DNA of 64,000 nucleotides from an uncultured Methanosarcinaceae archaeon (GTDB taxonomy: Archaea; Halobacteriota; Methanosarcinia; Methanosarcinales; Methanosarcinaceae). The first letter of the stretch is position 1; each line of letters begins with the position of its first letter. The stretch covers positions 832,001-896,000 of the forward strand of contig CAWJYV010000007.1 in the NCBI GenBank assembly GCA_963847185.1. Reading direction: 5' to 3'. The notes below the pieces were generated by a model that ran no database searches, was not told the DNA's origin, and saw nothing but the letters and a program-made list of their open reading frames with translations. The position numbers and the translations under genes are program-made. Of the stretch, positions 19,599 to 30,697 are shown piece after piece.

Positions 19599-20510
19599 AT
19601 GAAAGAGAATCAAGCTAGCATTTCTGCAATGATGACCGCTTACATTCGTGCTCATCATTCAATGAATGATACTCCTAAAATTTTTGATGACTTTCTGGCC
19701 TATCGTTTGATACCGCCAGAGGTACGGACATTGATTGAACAGGGTTTTAAGAGGAATGAACATTTCAAAGATTCTGAACGTACTGAATCACTCTCTGGCC
19801 AGACGACTAATTATGCTTCCTTAATGAAAACAACAAACGTTCTCAGCCGTGCACGATACACGGAAGACGCTTTAGAGAAGGCTGTCACGCAGGGAGTAAA
19901 ACAATATGTGATCCTTGGGGCGGGAATGGATACCTTTGCATTTCGGCGGCCGGAAATGATGGATTGTTTGGAAGTGTTTGAGGTTGACCACCCAGCCACA
20001 CAGAATTTCAAGCTTCTTCGCCTTGCAGAGTTGGGATGGGAACATCCAGCAAAATTACATTTCATTCCTATAGATTTCACAAAAGAAAATCTAGTGACTG
20101 CACTCACTCGCTCATCAGATTATGACCCTAATGCTAAAAGCTTCTTTAGCTGGCTTGGTGTCACCATGTACCTGACTCGAGAAGAAGTATTTGATACACT
20201 TCGCTCTATCACTGATATTGCCCCCGAGGGCAGTATAGTTGTTTTCGATTACTTTGATGCAGATGCATTTATTCCCGAAAAATCATCCCCAATAATGCAA
20301 AAGAAGCAGGCCATTTTCCAAAAGATGGGTGAAAAAATGATTACAGGTTTTGATCCTTCTACTCTGGCCAAAGATATTGCAAGTTTAGGATTGCATATCC
20401 ATGAGAACTTGAGCCCGGAAGATATCGAAAAACGTTATTTCCAGGGACGCATGGACGGATATCATGCTTCTGAGCATGGACACATTGCATATGCAATAAC
20501 TGAAAAATGA
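19599..20510 (+). CDS. SAM-dependent methyltransferase (LCM/TIGR00027-like)
   Basis: RARYTED; QYVILGAGMDT; FEVDHP; WLGVTMYL. Confidence 0.9.
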   Translation: MKENQASISAMMTAYIRAHHSMNDTPKIFDDFLAYRLIPPEVRTLIEQGFKRNEHFKDSERTESLSGQTTNYASLMKTTNVLSRARYTEDALEKAVTQGVKQYVILGAGMDTFAFRRPEMMDCLEVFEVDHPATQNFKLLRLAELGWEHPAKLHFIPIDFTKENLVTALTRSSDYDPNAKSFFSWLGVTMYLTREEVFDTLRSITDIAPEGSIVVFDYFDADAFIPEKSSPIMQKKQAIFQKMGEKMITGFDPSTLAKDIASLGLHIHENLSPEDIEKRYFQGRMDGYHASEHGHIAYAITEK

Positions 20511-20698
20511 CTTAAGAATTATGAATATTTAAAAATTATGAAAAGATAACAATTCCCAGGAAAAGTTTTGGTAATAGGGTTAAGATCTGTTTCTGTAACA
20601 CTGCAAGGAAAATAACGTGCGACAGATCCTGATCCCGTATGCCCATTACCTGCTGGCTCGAATCACTTTATTCATATAATGTGTTCACTTACCTGTGT

Positions 20699-21562
20699 TC
20701 ACTTACTTTTTACAATAATATAATTAGACATTGTTTTAGTATTATTTCCGGCAGCGTTGCCTACTGTTAAGCTGACAGTGTAATTTCCGGCTTTAGTGTA
20801 TTTGTGTACTGGGTTCATCTGTACTGAAGAAGTGTTATCCCCAAAATTCCATTTCCATGAAGTGTGAACGCCTGTGCTCTTGTCAGTAAACTGAACCTTC
20901 AGAGGTGCCTTCCCAGCTTTCGGATATGCATTAAAATTAGCAACCGGAGCTTTCAAAGCATTGACAACAATATAGTTAGACTTTGTTATAGTATTATTTC
21001 CGGCAGCATTACCTACGGTTAAGCTCACAGTGTAGTTTCCGGCTTTAGTATACTTGTGTACAGGGTTCTTTTCTTTTGAATAGGTCCCGTCTCCAAAGCT
21101 CCATTTCCAGGAAGTGTGAATGCCTGTGCTTTTGTCAGTAAACGCTACTTTCAGGGGTGCATATCCTGATGTCGGGCGTGCGGAAAAAGCAGCAACCGGA
21201 GCTTTCAGAGCATTAACAACAATATAGTTGGATTTTGTTTTAGTATTGTTTCCGGCAGCGTTCTTTACAGTTAAACTGACAGTGTAATTTCCGGCTTTAG
21301 TGTATTTGTGTACAGGATTTTTAGATGTTGAATAGGTTCCATCTCCAAAACTCCATTTATATGAATTATGAAGTCCTGTACTTTTGTCAGAAAACGCTAC
21401 CTTCAAGGGTGCGTACCCTGAGGTTGAATGTGCAGAAAAAGCAGCAACAGGTGCCTTTAAAAGAACTTTTGCATTTGAATTGTTCTGTGGGGCTGCAAGT
21501 GCAGTCGCAGACAATAAAATCATGCTAATTAATATAATGAAGATTTTCTGTTTTATATTCAT
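20699..21562 (-). CDS. secreted protein with three PKD domains
   Basis: Signal peptide plus 3 near-identical G.APLKV.F.DKSTG...W.FGD...NPVHKYTKAGNY repeats. Confidence 0.92.
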   Translation of the reverse strand: MNIKQKIFIILISMILLSATALAAPQNNSNAKVLLKAPVAAFSAHSTSGYAPLKVAFSDKSTGLHNSYKWSFGDGTYSTSKNPVHKYTKAGNYTVSLTVKNAAGNNTKTKSNYIVVNALKAPVAAFSARPTSGYAPLKVAFTDKSTGIHTSWKWSFGDGTYSKEKNPVHKYTKAGNYTVSLTVGNAAGNNTITKSNYIVVNALKAPVANFNAYPKAGKAPLKVQFTDKSTGVHTSWKWNFGDNTSSVQMNPVHKYTKAGNYTVSLTVGNAAGNNTKTMSNYIIVKSK

Positions 21563-22093
21563 TTAATATCCTCCAAATTCTCGTTTTTAAATAAGGTTTT
21601 TCCATAGCGTCCACTCAACCAAAATTCCCCAAAGCAATTAGATATTAAATCCAATTAGCACTGGCACTGAAAATATAATCTTTCAGATTAAACCCCCCGA
21701 TTTAATAGAGAGATATATTTTCATATTATTGAGCGGATTTTACATATTTTTTAACAAACAGTTAAAACTTATAAATTCTGTTCTGTGCTTTTATGTACAT
21801 TCAACTTTTCCAAATATAGGTAGCAATCAATGTGTTTTCATCTCAAAACGCCTGAAAATTGCCCCCTGTACTTATATGAAAAAACAAAAATGTACATAAA
21901 GAGATAAGGTCTACTTTTATAAAAATATTTCTCCGTGATAGCTAAGAAACAGCTGATTTATGGGACTTCTTAAAAATAGTTGTTTTTCACCCTAACGTCT
22001 GCATGCTATCTGTTTTCTATATTGATTTATATATATTAGAAATATGGGAAATTTATGAAAAATTTGAAAGTAATAGAGAATAAAAATAGCATT

Positions 22094-22750
22094 TCATTCA
22101 ATTTCTGCTACTTTCTTTTTTGACGCTTTAAATGCTTCTTTTGCCCTTGATTCTGTAAGGCCGGCTCCCATTGCAATTTTAAGAGCTGTTTCGTCGGTAA
22201 TCAGGTTTTCAGGGGCATGGGTATCGGTATCCAGCACAAGAGTTGCTCCTATTTCGAGGGCAAGCCTTGCAACATGGCCATTTGTCCTGTTGTGGCCGTT
22301 TCTGGCGGTGATTTCAAGAAAAACGTTGTTATTCGCTGCTGTCTGGACGTCTTCCGGAGATATAAGGCCAGGATGGGCAAGAATATCCACATATTCACAG
22401 GCAACAGATGCTGCATTTGTTCCTGGGGCGACGGGCTCTGAAATGGTTTCCCCATGCACGACAACAATTTCTGCGCCCAGTTCTTTTGCTTTCTTTGCCA
22501 GGGGAGCGATCTTTCTTGGGGGCACATGTGTCAGTTCGACGCCAGCCAGAACACGGATGTCCCATTCTTTTTCAAGGTATTTTGCTTTCTTTGCAGCATC
22601 AAGGAGCTGTTCGAGATTTGTGTAATCAGCATGGTCTGTAAGTGCAATAGCTTCATAGCCGTGGATAACTGCCCGTCTGACAAGTTCGCTTGGAAGCAGC
22701 TCCCCGTCACTGAAAATTGTGTGAGTGTGAAGGTCAATCAACCGGATCAC
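22094..22750 (-). CDS. PHP-domain phosphoesterase
   Basis: DLHTHT..SDG; LTDH; AHPG; DTDTH. Confidence 0.9.
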   Translation of the reverse strand: MIRLIDLHTHTIFSDGELLPSELVRRAVIHGYEAIALTDHADYTNLEQLLDAAKKAKYLEKEWDIRVLAGVELTHVPPRKIAPLAKKAKELGAEIVVVHGETISEPVAPGTNAASVACEYVDILAHPGLISPEDVQTAANNNVFLEITARNGHNRTNGHVARLALEIGATLVLDTDTHAPENLITDETALKIAMGAGLTESRAKEAFKASKKKVAEIE

Positions 22751-22952
22751 CGTGTTTGAAAATCGTTTTAAACTCTTTCTTTTTACTGGTCTTTTTCACT
22801 GGTCGTTTTTGACTGCATGGCTTTTTCTTTATTAATCAATATTTCTATTGATGAATTATATATTGAATTGCTTAAATATATAGATTTCTTTACTGAAACT
22901 ATAGTTGTTAATTGGCTTAATTATCTGGATTTTTTGATTAAAGTTACAGACT

Positions 22953-23744
22953 TTACTCGGGCTGCTCGGATTTTCCAAGCCTTTCCGCAACTTCCGCAAA
23001 AGCGAAATTCGGCTTGACATCATCTATTCTGATCCTGACCTTTTCTCCGACCTCAACTTCCCTTACGAAAACAACGAAACCTTCAATAAGTATGGCTCCA
23101 TCCCCGCTTGAACCCAGTTTCTCTATATCTACAACGAATTCGTCTCCTTTGCGGAGGGGAGCTGTAAGGAACTTCTTTCCTATAACATAGATTTCTGCGC
23201 TCTGGGCTCTTGATGCCTTAGGAGAATAGGCTGCTGTTCGAACGAAATTTTCCCTGACTTTTTCCATGTAGTCGTTAAACATGTCTCCCTGGAAGACTTT
23301 TACAACAAAGTTTCCATTTGGTTTGAGAATCTTTCTGGAACATTCAAGTGCAGAGGTCGCAAGCTCAATTGAGCGTGCATGGTCATAAGACCAGTTACCT
23401 GACAGGTTGGGGGCTGCATCACAGAGCACCACATCAGCTCCTTTTGACCCCACGATCTGGATAATCTTCTTTATCGTAGAATCTGCGTTTATATCACCCT
23501 GGATAGTTTCGACTCCCTGAATTGGATCGATTCTCTGTAAATCCACGCCAAGGATTTTTCCCCCGGACAGTTCCTTTGCGACCTGCAGCCAGCCGCCAGG
23601 AGCTGCGCCTAAATCCACAACCGAGTCTCCACGTTTGATAATTTTGTGTTTTTCGTTGATCTGTTTGAGTTTGAAGGAAGCCCTGGAACGGTACCCTTCC
23701 TCTTTTGCCTGATGATAATAATAGTCTCTTCTGTCTCTTGCCAT
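22953..23744 (-). CDS. rlmE: 23S rRNA 2'-O-methyltransferase RlmE/RrmJ with C-terminal TRAM domain
   Basis: GYRSRASFKL; DLGAAPGGW; DAAP; SAEIY; TRAM motif GDG..IEGFVVFV. Confidence 0.95.
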   Translation of the reverse strand: MARDRRDYYYHQAKEEGYRSRASFKLKQINEKHKIIKRGDSVVDLGAAPGGWLQVAKELSGGKILGVDLQRIDPIQGVETIQGDINADSTIKKIIQIVGSKGADVVLCDAAPNLSGNWSYDHARSIELATSALECSRKILKPNGNFVVKVFQGDMFNDYMEKVRENFVRTAAYSPKASRAQSAEIYVIGKKFLTAPLRKGDEFVVDIEKLGSSGDGAILIEGFVVFVREVEVGEKVRIRIDDVKPNFAFAEVAERLGKSEQPE

Positions 23745-23835
23745 TGCTACCTTCCCTGACCTGAAAGATGATATAGATTGCGCAAAAATAGTCTCATTTC
23801 GAGTCTTAATTTTTTGTCAATAAGCCACTGAATCT

Positions 23836-24561
23836 CTATACTTCAATATGAACATTCTTACTCTTATGTTCGTCTATACTGAACAAAATCACAGGGCAAA
23901 TTAACACAACTACAGTAACCCATAATGCTTTAACTCCAATAAACGACGTAAGCAACCCTCCCAGAATAGCTCCTGCTAGAAATGAGAGGTTAACCATAGA
24001 GAATCGGACTGCTTGCAAAGCCGATTCGCTGTCTTTTTTTGTGACAGCATTATAAACTTCGTGTATAGCTGACCGTAAATTTCCGGTGATCATAGTTGTA
24101 TTATATGGGGACCCGACAAGTTTGCGAAATGAAGAGACCTGGACTGCAGAGACAAATGAAATTGCAACAGTTACAATGATATTCGGGCTCGTATAGGGTA
24201 TAAAGCCTACAATAAAAAGGACTGCAATTTCAAGGATTAAAACTGCCCTTTCGGAATCCGGAATGAACAGGTGCATTGAGGGTTTTTTAATCATCTCGGC
24301 AACTAATACTCCGGCGACAAATGCCAGAATCGGAACTGCGTGAAGCACTGCTTGCCCCCATTCTCCTGTTGCAGCTTCTATGCCCATGAGTACGACATTT
24401 CCTGTCTGGGCATTGGCGAAAACCCCGCCTCTCCCTACGAACGTATAGGCATCCAGGAATCCTCCTACAATTGCAAGGAGTATTCCAAGCTCTACAGATT
24501 CGGAGGTTAATTTTTTAAAATGGATTTTATTTTCATTTTTCAACATTGATATCTTTGTCAT
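23836..24561 (-). CDS. YoaK/DUF1275 membrane protein
   Basis: GGFLDAYTF...FANAQTGN; TTMITGNL; multiple hydrophobic helices. Confidence 0.9.
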   Translation of the reverse strand: MTKISMLKNENKIHFKKLTSESVELGILLAIVGGFLDAYTFVGRGGVFANAQTGNVVLMGIEAATGEWGQAVLHAVPILAFVAGVLVAEMIKKPSMHLFIPDSERAVLILEIAVLFIVGFIPYTSPNIIVTVAISFVSAVQVSSFRKLVGSPYNTTMITGNLRSAIHEVYNAVTKKDSESALQAVRFSMVNLSFLAGAILGGLLTSFIGVKALWVTVVVLICPVILFSIDEHKSKNVHIEV

Positions 24562-24848
24562 TCAAAATTCCAGAAATATATTTGAATCATAATTAAATCT
24601 ATTTAAATAGTAACAAGCCTGCCTCCTTATTATATTTAAGAGTATTTATATAATATATGAGAATTTCTTAAGTTATCTCAAAGTTAAAAGGCAGTGTGTG
24701 GATTTTTCTGTAAAACTACAAGTCTTAAAAAGTTGCTGAGTAGAAAATTCCATCTCGGAAGGTCAATTACTCTCATCATATACAAAAAATTGACTTCAAA
24801 TTTACAGCAAATTCAAATTAATTTTTTTCAGTAATCTAGCTAAATTCT

Positions 24849-25037
24849 TCATGACCAATTATCAACTTTAAAAGTGATCCAACAGACAATAAGCCCAAGA
24901 AGAAAAGATATCATAATTGAAAGCTTGATTGACATATAGTCATTTACTACATTTCTAGCCACAACTTCGCTAAGCACGAGCATAGCAATAACCAGAAAAA
25001 TTGAAATTAAAGCACTTAATATCCGTCGTCTTTCCAT
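24849..25037 (-). CDS. small two-helix membrane protein
   Basis: ATG 25037 after ggtga RBS; two hydrophobic segments. Confidence 0.5.
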   Translation of the reverse strand: MERRRILSALISIFLVIAMLVLSEVVARNVVNDYMSIKLSIMISFLLGLIVCWITFKVDNWS

Positions 25038-25245
25038 GTTATCACCAAATAAAAGCTGCTGATTTTTAATCAGCCAATACTCAAAAGAGCCTATCTGAAA
25101 AGTCAATAGTGATATGTTGTAGAAGTTACCAAGGATTTAGGGTATCAGTGTCATTCCAGTTACGCATCTCTAATTGGAAATACACCAGCTCACAACAATT
25201 TTCAGATAGGCTCTATGTCACCAATAATCCGGTTATCTAAGCCCG

Positions 25246-26160
25246 TTATCCTTTTTTCTTGAGCTTCCATCCGCCATACAGACATATCAAGCCACTTAAT
25301 ATTCCGAAACCTGGAATAGAGTTATTTTTGCTTGATTTATCCTCATTCTCAGATTTAGAATCATTAATGCTTGAATTATTGAGTATCCCATTATTCTCTT
25401 CTTCAGTTGTCGAGGAGTTTGCGGGTTCTTCAACTCTTATATTTTCAGTTGAATTAGAGCTTGCCCTTATATTTAGACCACTCATATTGGAATCTATAAA
25501 AGTTCCAATGGCAACTCCAGTAGGGTGATATATAGTATATTTTCCTGCATTCACAGTCGCTGTAACAGTGTTTGTAGCTGCGTCAATTACAGATACATTG
25601 TCACTTCCGGCGTTTGTCACATATACCTTTTTTCCATCCGGAGTGACTGCGATTCCCAAAGGAGTAGTTCCTACAGGCACGGTGGCTGTAACAGTGTTTG
25701 TAACTGTGTCAATTACAGAAACATTATTGCTGCGAGAGTTTGCAACATATACCTTTTTCCCATTTGCAGAAACTGCAACATCATAAGGATTCTCTCCTAC
25801 AGGCACTGTGGCTACAACATTGTTAGCTGCCGTGTCAATTACAGAAACATTGTTACTGCCTGAATTAGTCACGTACACTTTATTTCCATCAGGAGTGAAT
25901 ACAATCTCGCCAGGACTGTCACCTACAGACACAGTAGCTAAAACTTTGTTTGTAGTCAGGTCAATTACAGAAGTAGTGTTATTGAAACTGTTTGTGGCAT
26001 AGATCTTTTTTCCATCTGGTGTGACTGCAACGTCATGAGAAATCATTCCCACGTTAATCGGAGCCATTACAGTGTTTATGGATGCGCCTATTACCGTGTT
26101 AATTACAGAAATATTGGTGCTGTCACGATCTGTCACATAAACCCTTGATCCTTTTGGATT
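25246..26160 (-). pseudogene. 5'-truncated YVTN beta-propeller surface protein with PGF-CTERM
   Basis: YVTN repeats and IPGFG anchor, but it begins mid-repeat (PKGSRVYVTD) with no signal peptide. Confidence 0.65.
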
Positions 26161-26580
26161 AAAAAGTTTTGAAATAAAAAAGCGGTATACAAGAGGAAAT
26201 AGTTTCAGGATTAAAGCTTTTTACTATCAGGTCATTACTATCTTGATTTTGAATATATATAAAAAATAATGAGGATTTCGACATACCTCATTTTTTGGCT
26301 GGCCATTCTAAATACATACGACCGTTGGAAGGGTTTGGGAATGAGAAAAGAACTCGAATTAATTAAAAGAATATGTCTTACTTTATTCTCCCCGTCTCTT
26401 GTAATGAGTTTTTAAGAGTGATGTGCTTGAGTGAATAAAGTCCAGAGTATCTTAATCCATTTCTAAAGGAAGAGTTTGATGGTAGCGGTACTGAAGCCAT
26501 CAAAACTGGAATAAACAAATTCATCTGTACATTACATGTTTATCAGCCATTTTGGAATTTTAAAGAAAAATCCCCTGTAC

Positions 26581-27621
26581 TCAAAATAAATATCTTCTGG
26601 AGCTTAATACAGTTCTGAGGATCTCTTCTCCACCTGTTTTTTCGACCTTGATATCTGACGGCTTTTCAATTACTTCAAGGTTGAGGGGCAGACGCTTCTG
26701 GATTTCCTTTAAAAGCTGAGGGTCTCCGCTCATAATAATGCAGTCAATAGGGGAATTTTCTTCGAGAACTTTATCCAGGGTTTCAAAAACCTTGTTCATA
26801 TGATGTGCAATATCTTCTTCCCTGAGGCGTTCGAACCTGCGCTGACTGAAACCGCCTTTGCTATGCTTTTCTTTAACACTGCTGCGGACAAGTTCCTCAG
26901 TGTCAAAAACCCGCGCATCGGGAGCAAAACCTATGAAGGATTCGCCTGCATGCAGGACAAGAACAAGCATGCGGTAGTCTTTGTTCAAAATCTCTTCCAG
27001 GGAAGAAGTCCCAAATCTATCGCCAAGTTGCCAGGATGAAGACGGGATTGGAAAAGGAGGAACTAAGGCTTCACAGATCATATAATGAAGGTCATAGAAA
27101 AGTACAAAGCCGGTTTCAGGGTCAAGCCTTTCCAAAAGAGTTAAAGTCTCCTGTTCTATCCTTACAAGAGTTTTTTCGTTAAGTACATCAGAAAGGAGGG
27201 AACCGGGTGGAAGGTAAGCAGTAAGAAGATCCTCTACAGGAGAGCAAAAGGAATTGAGTTTAGAAAGGTAAGCCTGGACAGCAGAAGGACTAAGGTTTTC
27301 GATCTTTCGAAATTCCAATCTGTCCTGGGACTCAACCCTTATTGCTTCAAGCTCATGGGAAAGGGTCCGGGTTCGAACAATTTCCTGATTTAAACGGGAT
27401 TCGGCTTCCTGTCTGCCTGCAACTGCCTGCCTTGCAAGAGTCTCTTTCTTTTCCAACTGGGTTTTTGCATTTTGCAGGTCGTTTTCAAGTTTTGCTACCT
27501 GAGAGTTGAGCCTGTCAATTTCAAGCTCAAGCTGCCCTTTTCCTGAAATTTTTCCGATCAGTGTGCCCAAACCAGTTTTTGTCTCTTTAGCAGTTTCTTC
27601 TTTTACTTTTTTATTGGTCAT
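26581..27621 (-). CDS. Vms1/acVLRF1-family release-factor-like protein with N-terminal coiled coil
   Basis: VRSSVKEKHSKGGFSQRRFERLR motif. Confidence 0.85.
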   Translation of the reverse strand: MTNKKVKEETAKETKTGLGTLIGKISGKGQLELEIDRLNSQVAKLENDLQNAKTQLEKKETLARQAVAGRQEAESRLNQEIVRTRTLSHELEAIRVESQDRLEFRKIENLSPSAVQAYLSKLNSFCSPVEDLLTAYLPPGSLLSDVLNEKTLVRIEQETLTLLERLDPETGFVLFYDLHYMICEALVPPFPIPSSSWQLGDRFGTSSLEEILNKDYRMLVLVLHAGESFIGFAPDARVFDTEELVRSSVKEKHSKGGFSQRRFERLREEDIAHHMNKVFETLDKVLEENSPIDCIIMSGDPQLLKEIQKRLPLNLEVIEKPSDIKVEKTGGEEILRTVLSSRRYLF

Positions 27622-27977
27622 TTCCCTTACTTTCCTGTTCTTCCTGTTTCTAATCTTTCCTTGAGTTTCTAATCTTTCCCTTGAGTTTCTAATCTTTCTC
27701 TTGCTTTTATTTAGACTTATTGTACTCTTTAAAACTTATTATACTCTCTAAGCCTTATTATACTCTCAATTGAAATTTGGATCATACCTATGCACTTCCT
27801 AATAAAAAATACTTCTTTTGTCAGTACTGATCCTCGTATTTCGAAAGTTTTAATAATATCATATTTAATGTCACTTTGCTTCAGGAGTTATTTCTAAAAA
27901 GCAAACTATTTTCCATACATACTAAGTTTTTATAGAGCAGACAGATAAGATATCAGATAGATCATTCCGGTGCTTAA

Positions 27978-29333
27978 ATGAAAATCCCATTGAAAGATTC
28001 TAAAAGCCAGACAGACCAAAAGGATTCGAATAAGAAAAATTCCGATGAGAAAAAGCCGGATAAAGCAAATAAAGTAGATGAAGCAGACAGACAAAATCCC
28101 GCCAGATCCAGAGCAGAAAAGTTCCACCCCACGCTCTGGATTGAAGGACAGAGGAGCTCTTCTCTTGCCGAGAAAACTATAGTTCTTGGCGTTACAGGAA
28201 GTATTGGGGCAGTCAGGGTAGTCGAACTTGCCAGGGAATTGATCCGGAATGGGGCTGAAGTTCATGCGGTTATGACGGATGCTGCAAAGCATATCCTGCA
28301 TCCTGATGCCCTTCATTACGCCACAGGAAACCCTGTAATTACCGAACTTGGAGGCAGGGTTGAACATGTGGAGTTCTGCGGGCTCAAAGGCAGGGCCGAC
28401 CTTCTTTTAATAGCCCCTGCAACAGCAAACACCATAGGAAAAATAGCTTACGGGATCGACGATACAACAGTTACTTCCTTTGCGACAACAGCCCTTGGCT
28501 CAGGTTTACCTTTGATGGTTGTTCCTGCAATGCACGAGTCAATGTTCAGGCATCCGGCTGTCGTTGAAAATCTGGCAAAACTGAAATGCTGGGGAGTCTC
28601 TGTCGTAGGGCCCAAACTTGAAGAAGGTGTCGCAAAAATAGCATCAAATGAAGAAATAGTGCTTGAGGTAGAAAGGGTTCTTGGAAAAAAGAGCCTTGAA
28701 AAAAGAAAGGTAATTATTACAAGCGGCTCTACAGCTGAAAGTCTTGACCCTATCCGCATCCTTACAAACCGCGCTTCAGGAAAGACAGGCAGAGAGCTTG
28801 CCCTTGAAGCTTACCGCAGTGGAGCTGATGTAACCCTTGTACACAGGGACAGACTTGGGTTTTCGGGAATTAAGGAAATTTTTGCAGAAAGCGCCGCTGA
28901 AATGACTGATGCCGTGCTTTCCGAACTTGATAAAGGATACGATGTTCTTATAAGTTCTGCAGCAATTGCAGACTATACAGCTGAGCCTTCTCCTGAAAAG
29001 ATCAAATCTGGAGGAGAACTTGTATTAAAACTGAAACAGACCCGCAAACTGATAAAAGAATGCCGTGAGAAATATCCTGGCCTTGTGATCGTTGGTTTTA
29101 AGGCCGAAACCGGGGTTGAAATAAACGAACTCCTCAGGAGAGCAGCCGCAACCCTTGAAGGTTCGAAGCTGGACCTTATTGCAGCAAATGACGTCGGAAA
29201 AGGAGGAATGGGCACAGAAAAAAATGAGCTCTACCTGCTAGGAAGGAAAAGAAGTGAACCCAGGCTTGTAAGCGGGAACAAACGCAAACTGGCAGCCTGT
29301 ATTCTTGAAGAGGTTTCCGGCCTTTTAAAATGA
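27978..29333 (+). CDS. coaBC: phosphopantothenoylcysteine decarboxylase/ligase
   Basis: GVTGSIGA; APATANTIGK; PAMH; LDPIRILTNRASGKTG; GFKAE; AANDV. Confidence 0.96.
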   Translation: MKIPLKDSKSQTDQKDSNKKNSDEKKPDKANKVDEADRQNPARSRAEKFHPTLWIEGQRSSSLAEKTIVLGVTGSIGAVRVVELARELIRNGAEVHAVMTDAAKHILHPDALHYATGNPVITELGGRVEHVEFCGLKGRADLLLIAPATANTIGKIAYGIDDTTVTSFATTALGSGLPLMVVPAMHESMFRHPAVVENLAKLKCWGVSVVGPKLEEGVAKIASNEEIVLEVERVLGKKSLEKRKVIITSGSTAESLDPIRILTNRASGKTGRELALEAYRSGADVTLVHRDRLGFSGIKEIFAESAAEMTDAVLSELDKGYDVLISSAAIADYTAEPSPEKIKSGGELVLKLKQTRKLIKECREKYPGLVIVGFKAETGVEINELLRRAAATLEGSKLDLIAANDVGKGGMGTEKNELYLLGRKRSEPRLVSGNKRKLAACILEEVSGLLK

Positions 29334-29395
29334 CAAAAATTCTACTTACAATCGTTCTCTTGAACTCGTCATATTATATGTATTGAGCTGTATTT

Positions 29396-29525
29396 AAGCT
29401 GAATATTCATCAGGGCTAAATATTTATCAAGGCCAGATCTGCATTCGAGACTGAATATTTATCAAGACTAATTTGATTCAAGGCTGATATTTATCAAGAT
29501 TAAATTTGATTCAAGGCTGAATATA
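29396..29525 (+). repeat. degenerate ~17-bp intergenic tandem repeat (aaggctgaatatttatc)
   Basis: About 8 imperfect units. Confidence 0.7.
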
Positions 29526-29616
29526 CGTGTAAAGTATTCTGTGGAACATTTTACAAATCATTCTGCACAGGAACGAACTTTGAAAAAATGATTAATATTG
29601 TAAAAAGGCGTTTTCT

Positions 29617-30519
29617 ATGTATATATATGAGAATGGAGGAGCAGACTTTTTGGCAAAAGCTTATGCTCCGGGACATATCACAGGTTTTTTCCAGATTCAC
29701 GAGCATGAAGACCCTCATCGTAAGGGTTCTACAGGCTGCGGGATTGTTCTCAACGGAGGAGTTACCACCGAAGTAAAGGTTGGGGAAGCCGTAGAGGAGA
29801 CCGAGATCTTTCTTAATGGAAAGAAGGTTGAAGGTAGAACCAGTCGGACAGTTGTAGATATGATGACTGACCTGCCTGTGCGAGTCAGGAGCTGGTCAGA
29901 AATTCCGGTAGGATGCGGACTTGGAGCTTCAGGCGCTGGAGCACTTGGGACAGCTTATGCCCTGAATGGAGCTCTTTCTCTGAACAAGACCGTAAAAAGT
30001 CTTACTGAATATGCCCATGTGGCAGAAGTTGTCAACTGCAGCGGACTTGGAGATGTTGCTGGCCAGTCCAACGGAGGAGTAGTAATCCGGCTCCAGCCCG
30101 GAGGTCCGGAGTTCGGGCTTGTAGATAGGATTCCGGTTCCCGAAGCCAGGGTTTTTTGCATTGTACTTGGCGAGATCTCCACTGAGTCTGTCCTTAAAGA
30201 CAGGGCCGCAGCCGAGCGAATCAATGCCGCAGGAAAAGCTGCAATGGCCGAGCTGCTTAAAAAACCTACTCTTGAAAATTTCATGTACCAGGCAAAAGAG
30301 TTTGCCAGCAAAACCGACCTCATGAGCAGCAGGGCAAAAGATGTTATTGAAGCTGCAAATGCAAGTGGAGGAATGGCTTCTCAGGCAATGCTTGGAGATA
30401 CGGTTTTTGCAATTGCCCCCTCTTATCACGAATTTTCCCTTTTTGAAGTCCTTCAGGAATTCGGACAGGTGCTGGAATATAACATCGGTACCTGTGTACC
30501 TAAACTGATGTACGAGTAA
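29617..30519 (+). CDS. pantoate kinase (GHMP family)
   Basis: APGHITGFF; GSTGCG; PVGCGLGASGA; SGLGDV; SQAMLG; lies between coaBC and PPS. Confidence 0.93.
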   Translation: MYIYENGGADFLAKAYAPGHITGFFQIHEHEDPHRKGSTGCGIVLNGGVTTEVKVGEAVEETEIFLNGKKVEGRTSRTVVDMMTDLPVRVRSWSEIPVGCGLGASGAGALGTAYALNGALSLNKTVKSLTEYAHVAEVVNCSGLGDVAGQSNGGVVIRLQPGGPEFGLVDRIPVPEARVFCIVLGEISTESVLKDRAAAERINAAGKAAMAELLKKPTLENFMYQAKEFASKTDLMSSRAKDVIEAANASGGMASQAMLGDTVFAIAPSYHEFSLFEVLQEFGQVLEYNIGTCVPKLMYE

Positions 30520-30697
30520 GCCTCAATATGAGATCTGTTTATTAGAAATCATGTGAGGAAACGTGGGTCTTAAGAAAATTTTCTTCTAAGGAAGATGTAT
30601 AACTAAAATATAATAAAATGAAAATATAATAGCAAAACAACTCTATTCATAAATGGATTAATTTATCATTTAACAATTAAGGTGGTAAGCGATACAC

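Noticed and set aside
23806-23838. Pyrrolysine read-through at the YoaK TAG, or as an explanation for the split genes
   Set aside because: Read-through would add only about 10 residues; the split genes break at frameshifts or TAA, not in-frame TAG.
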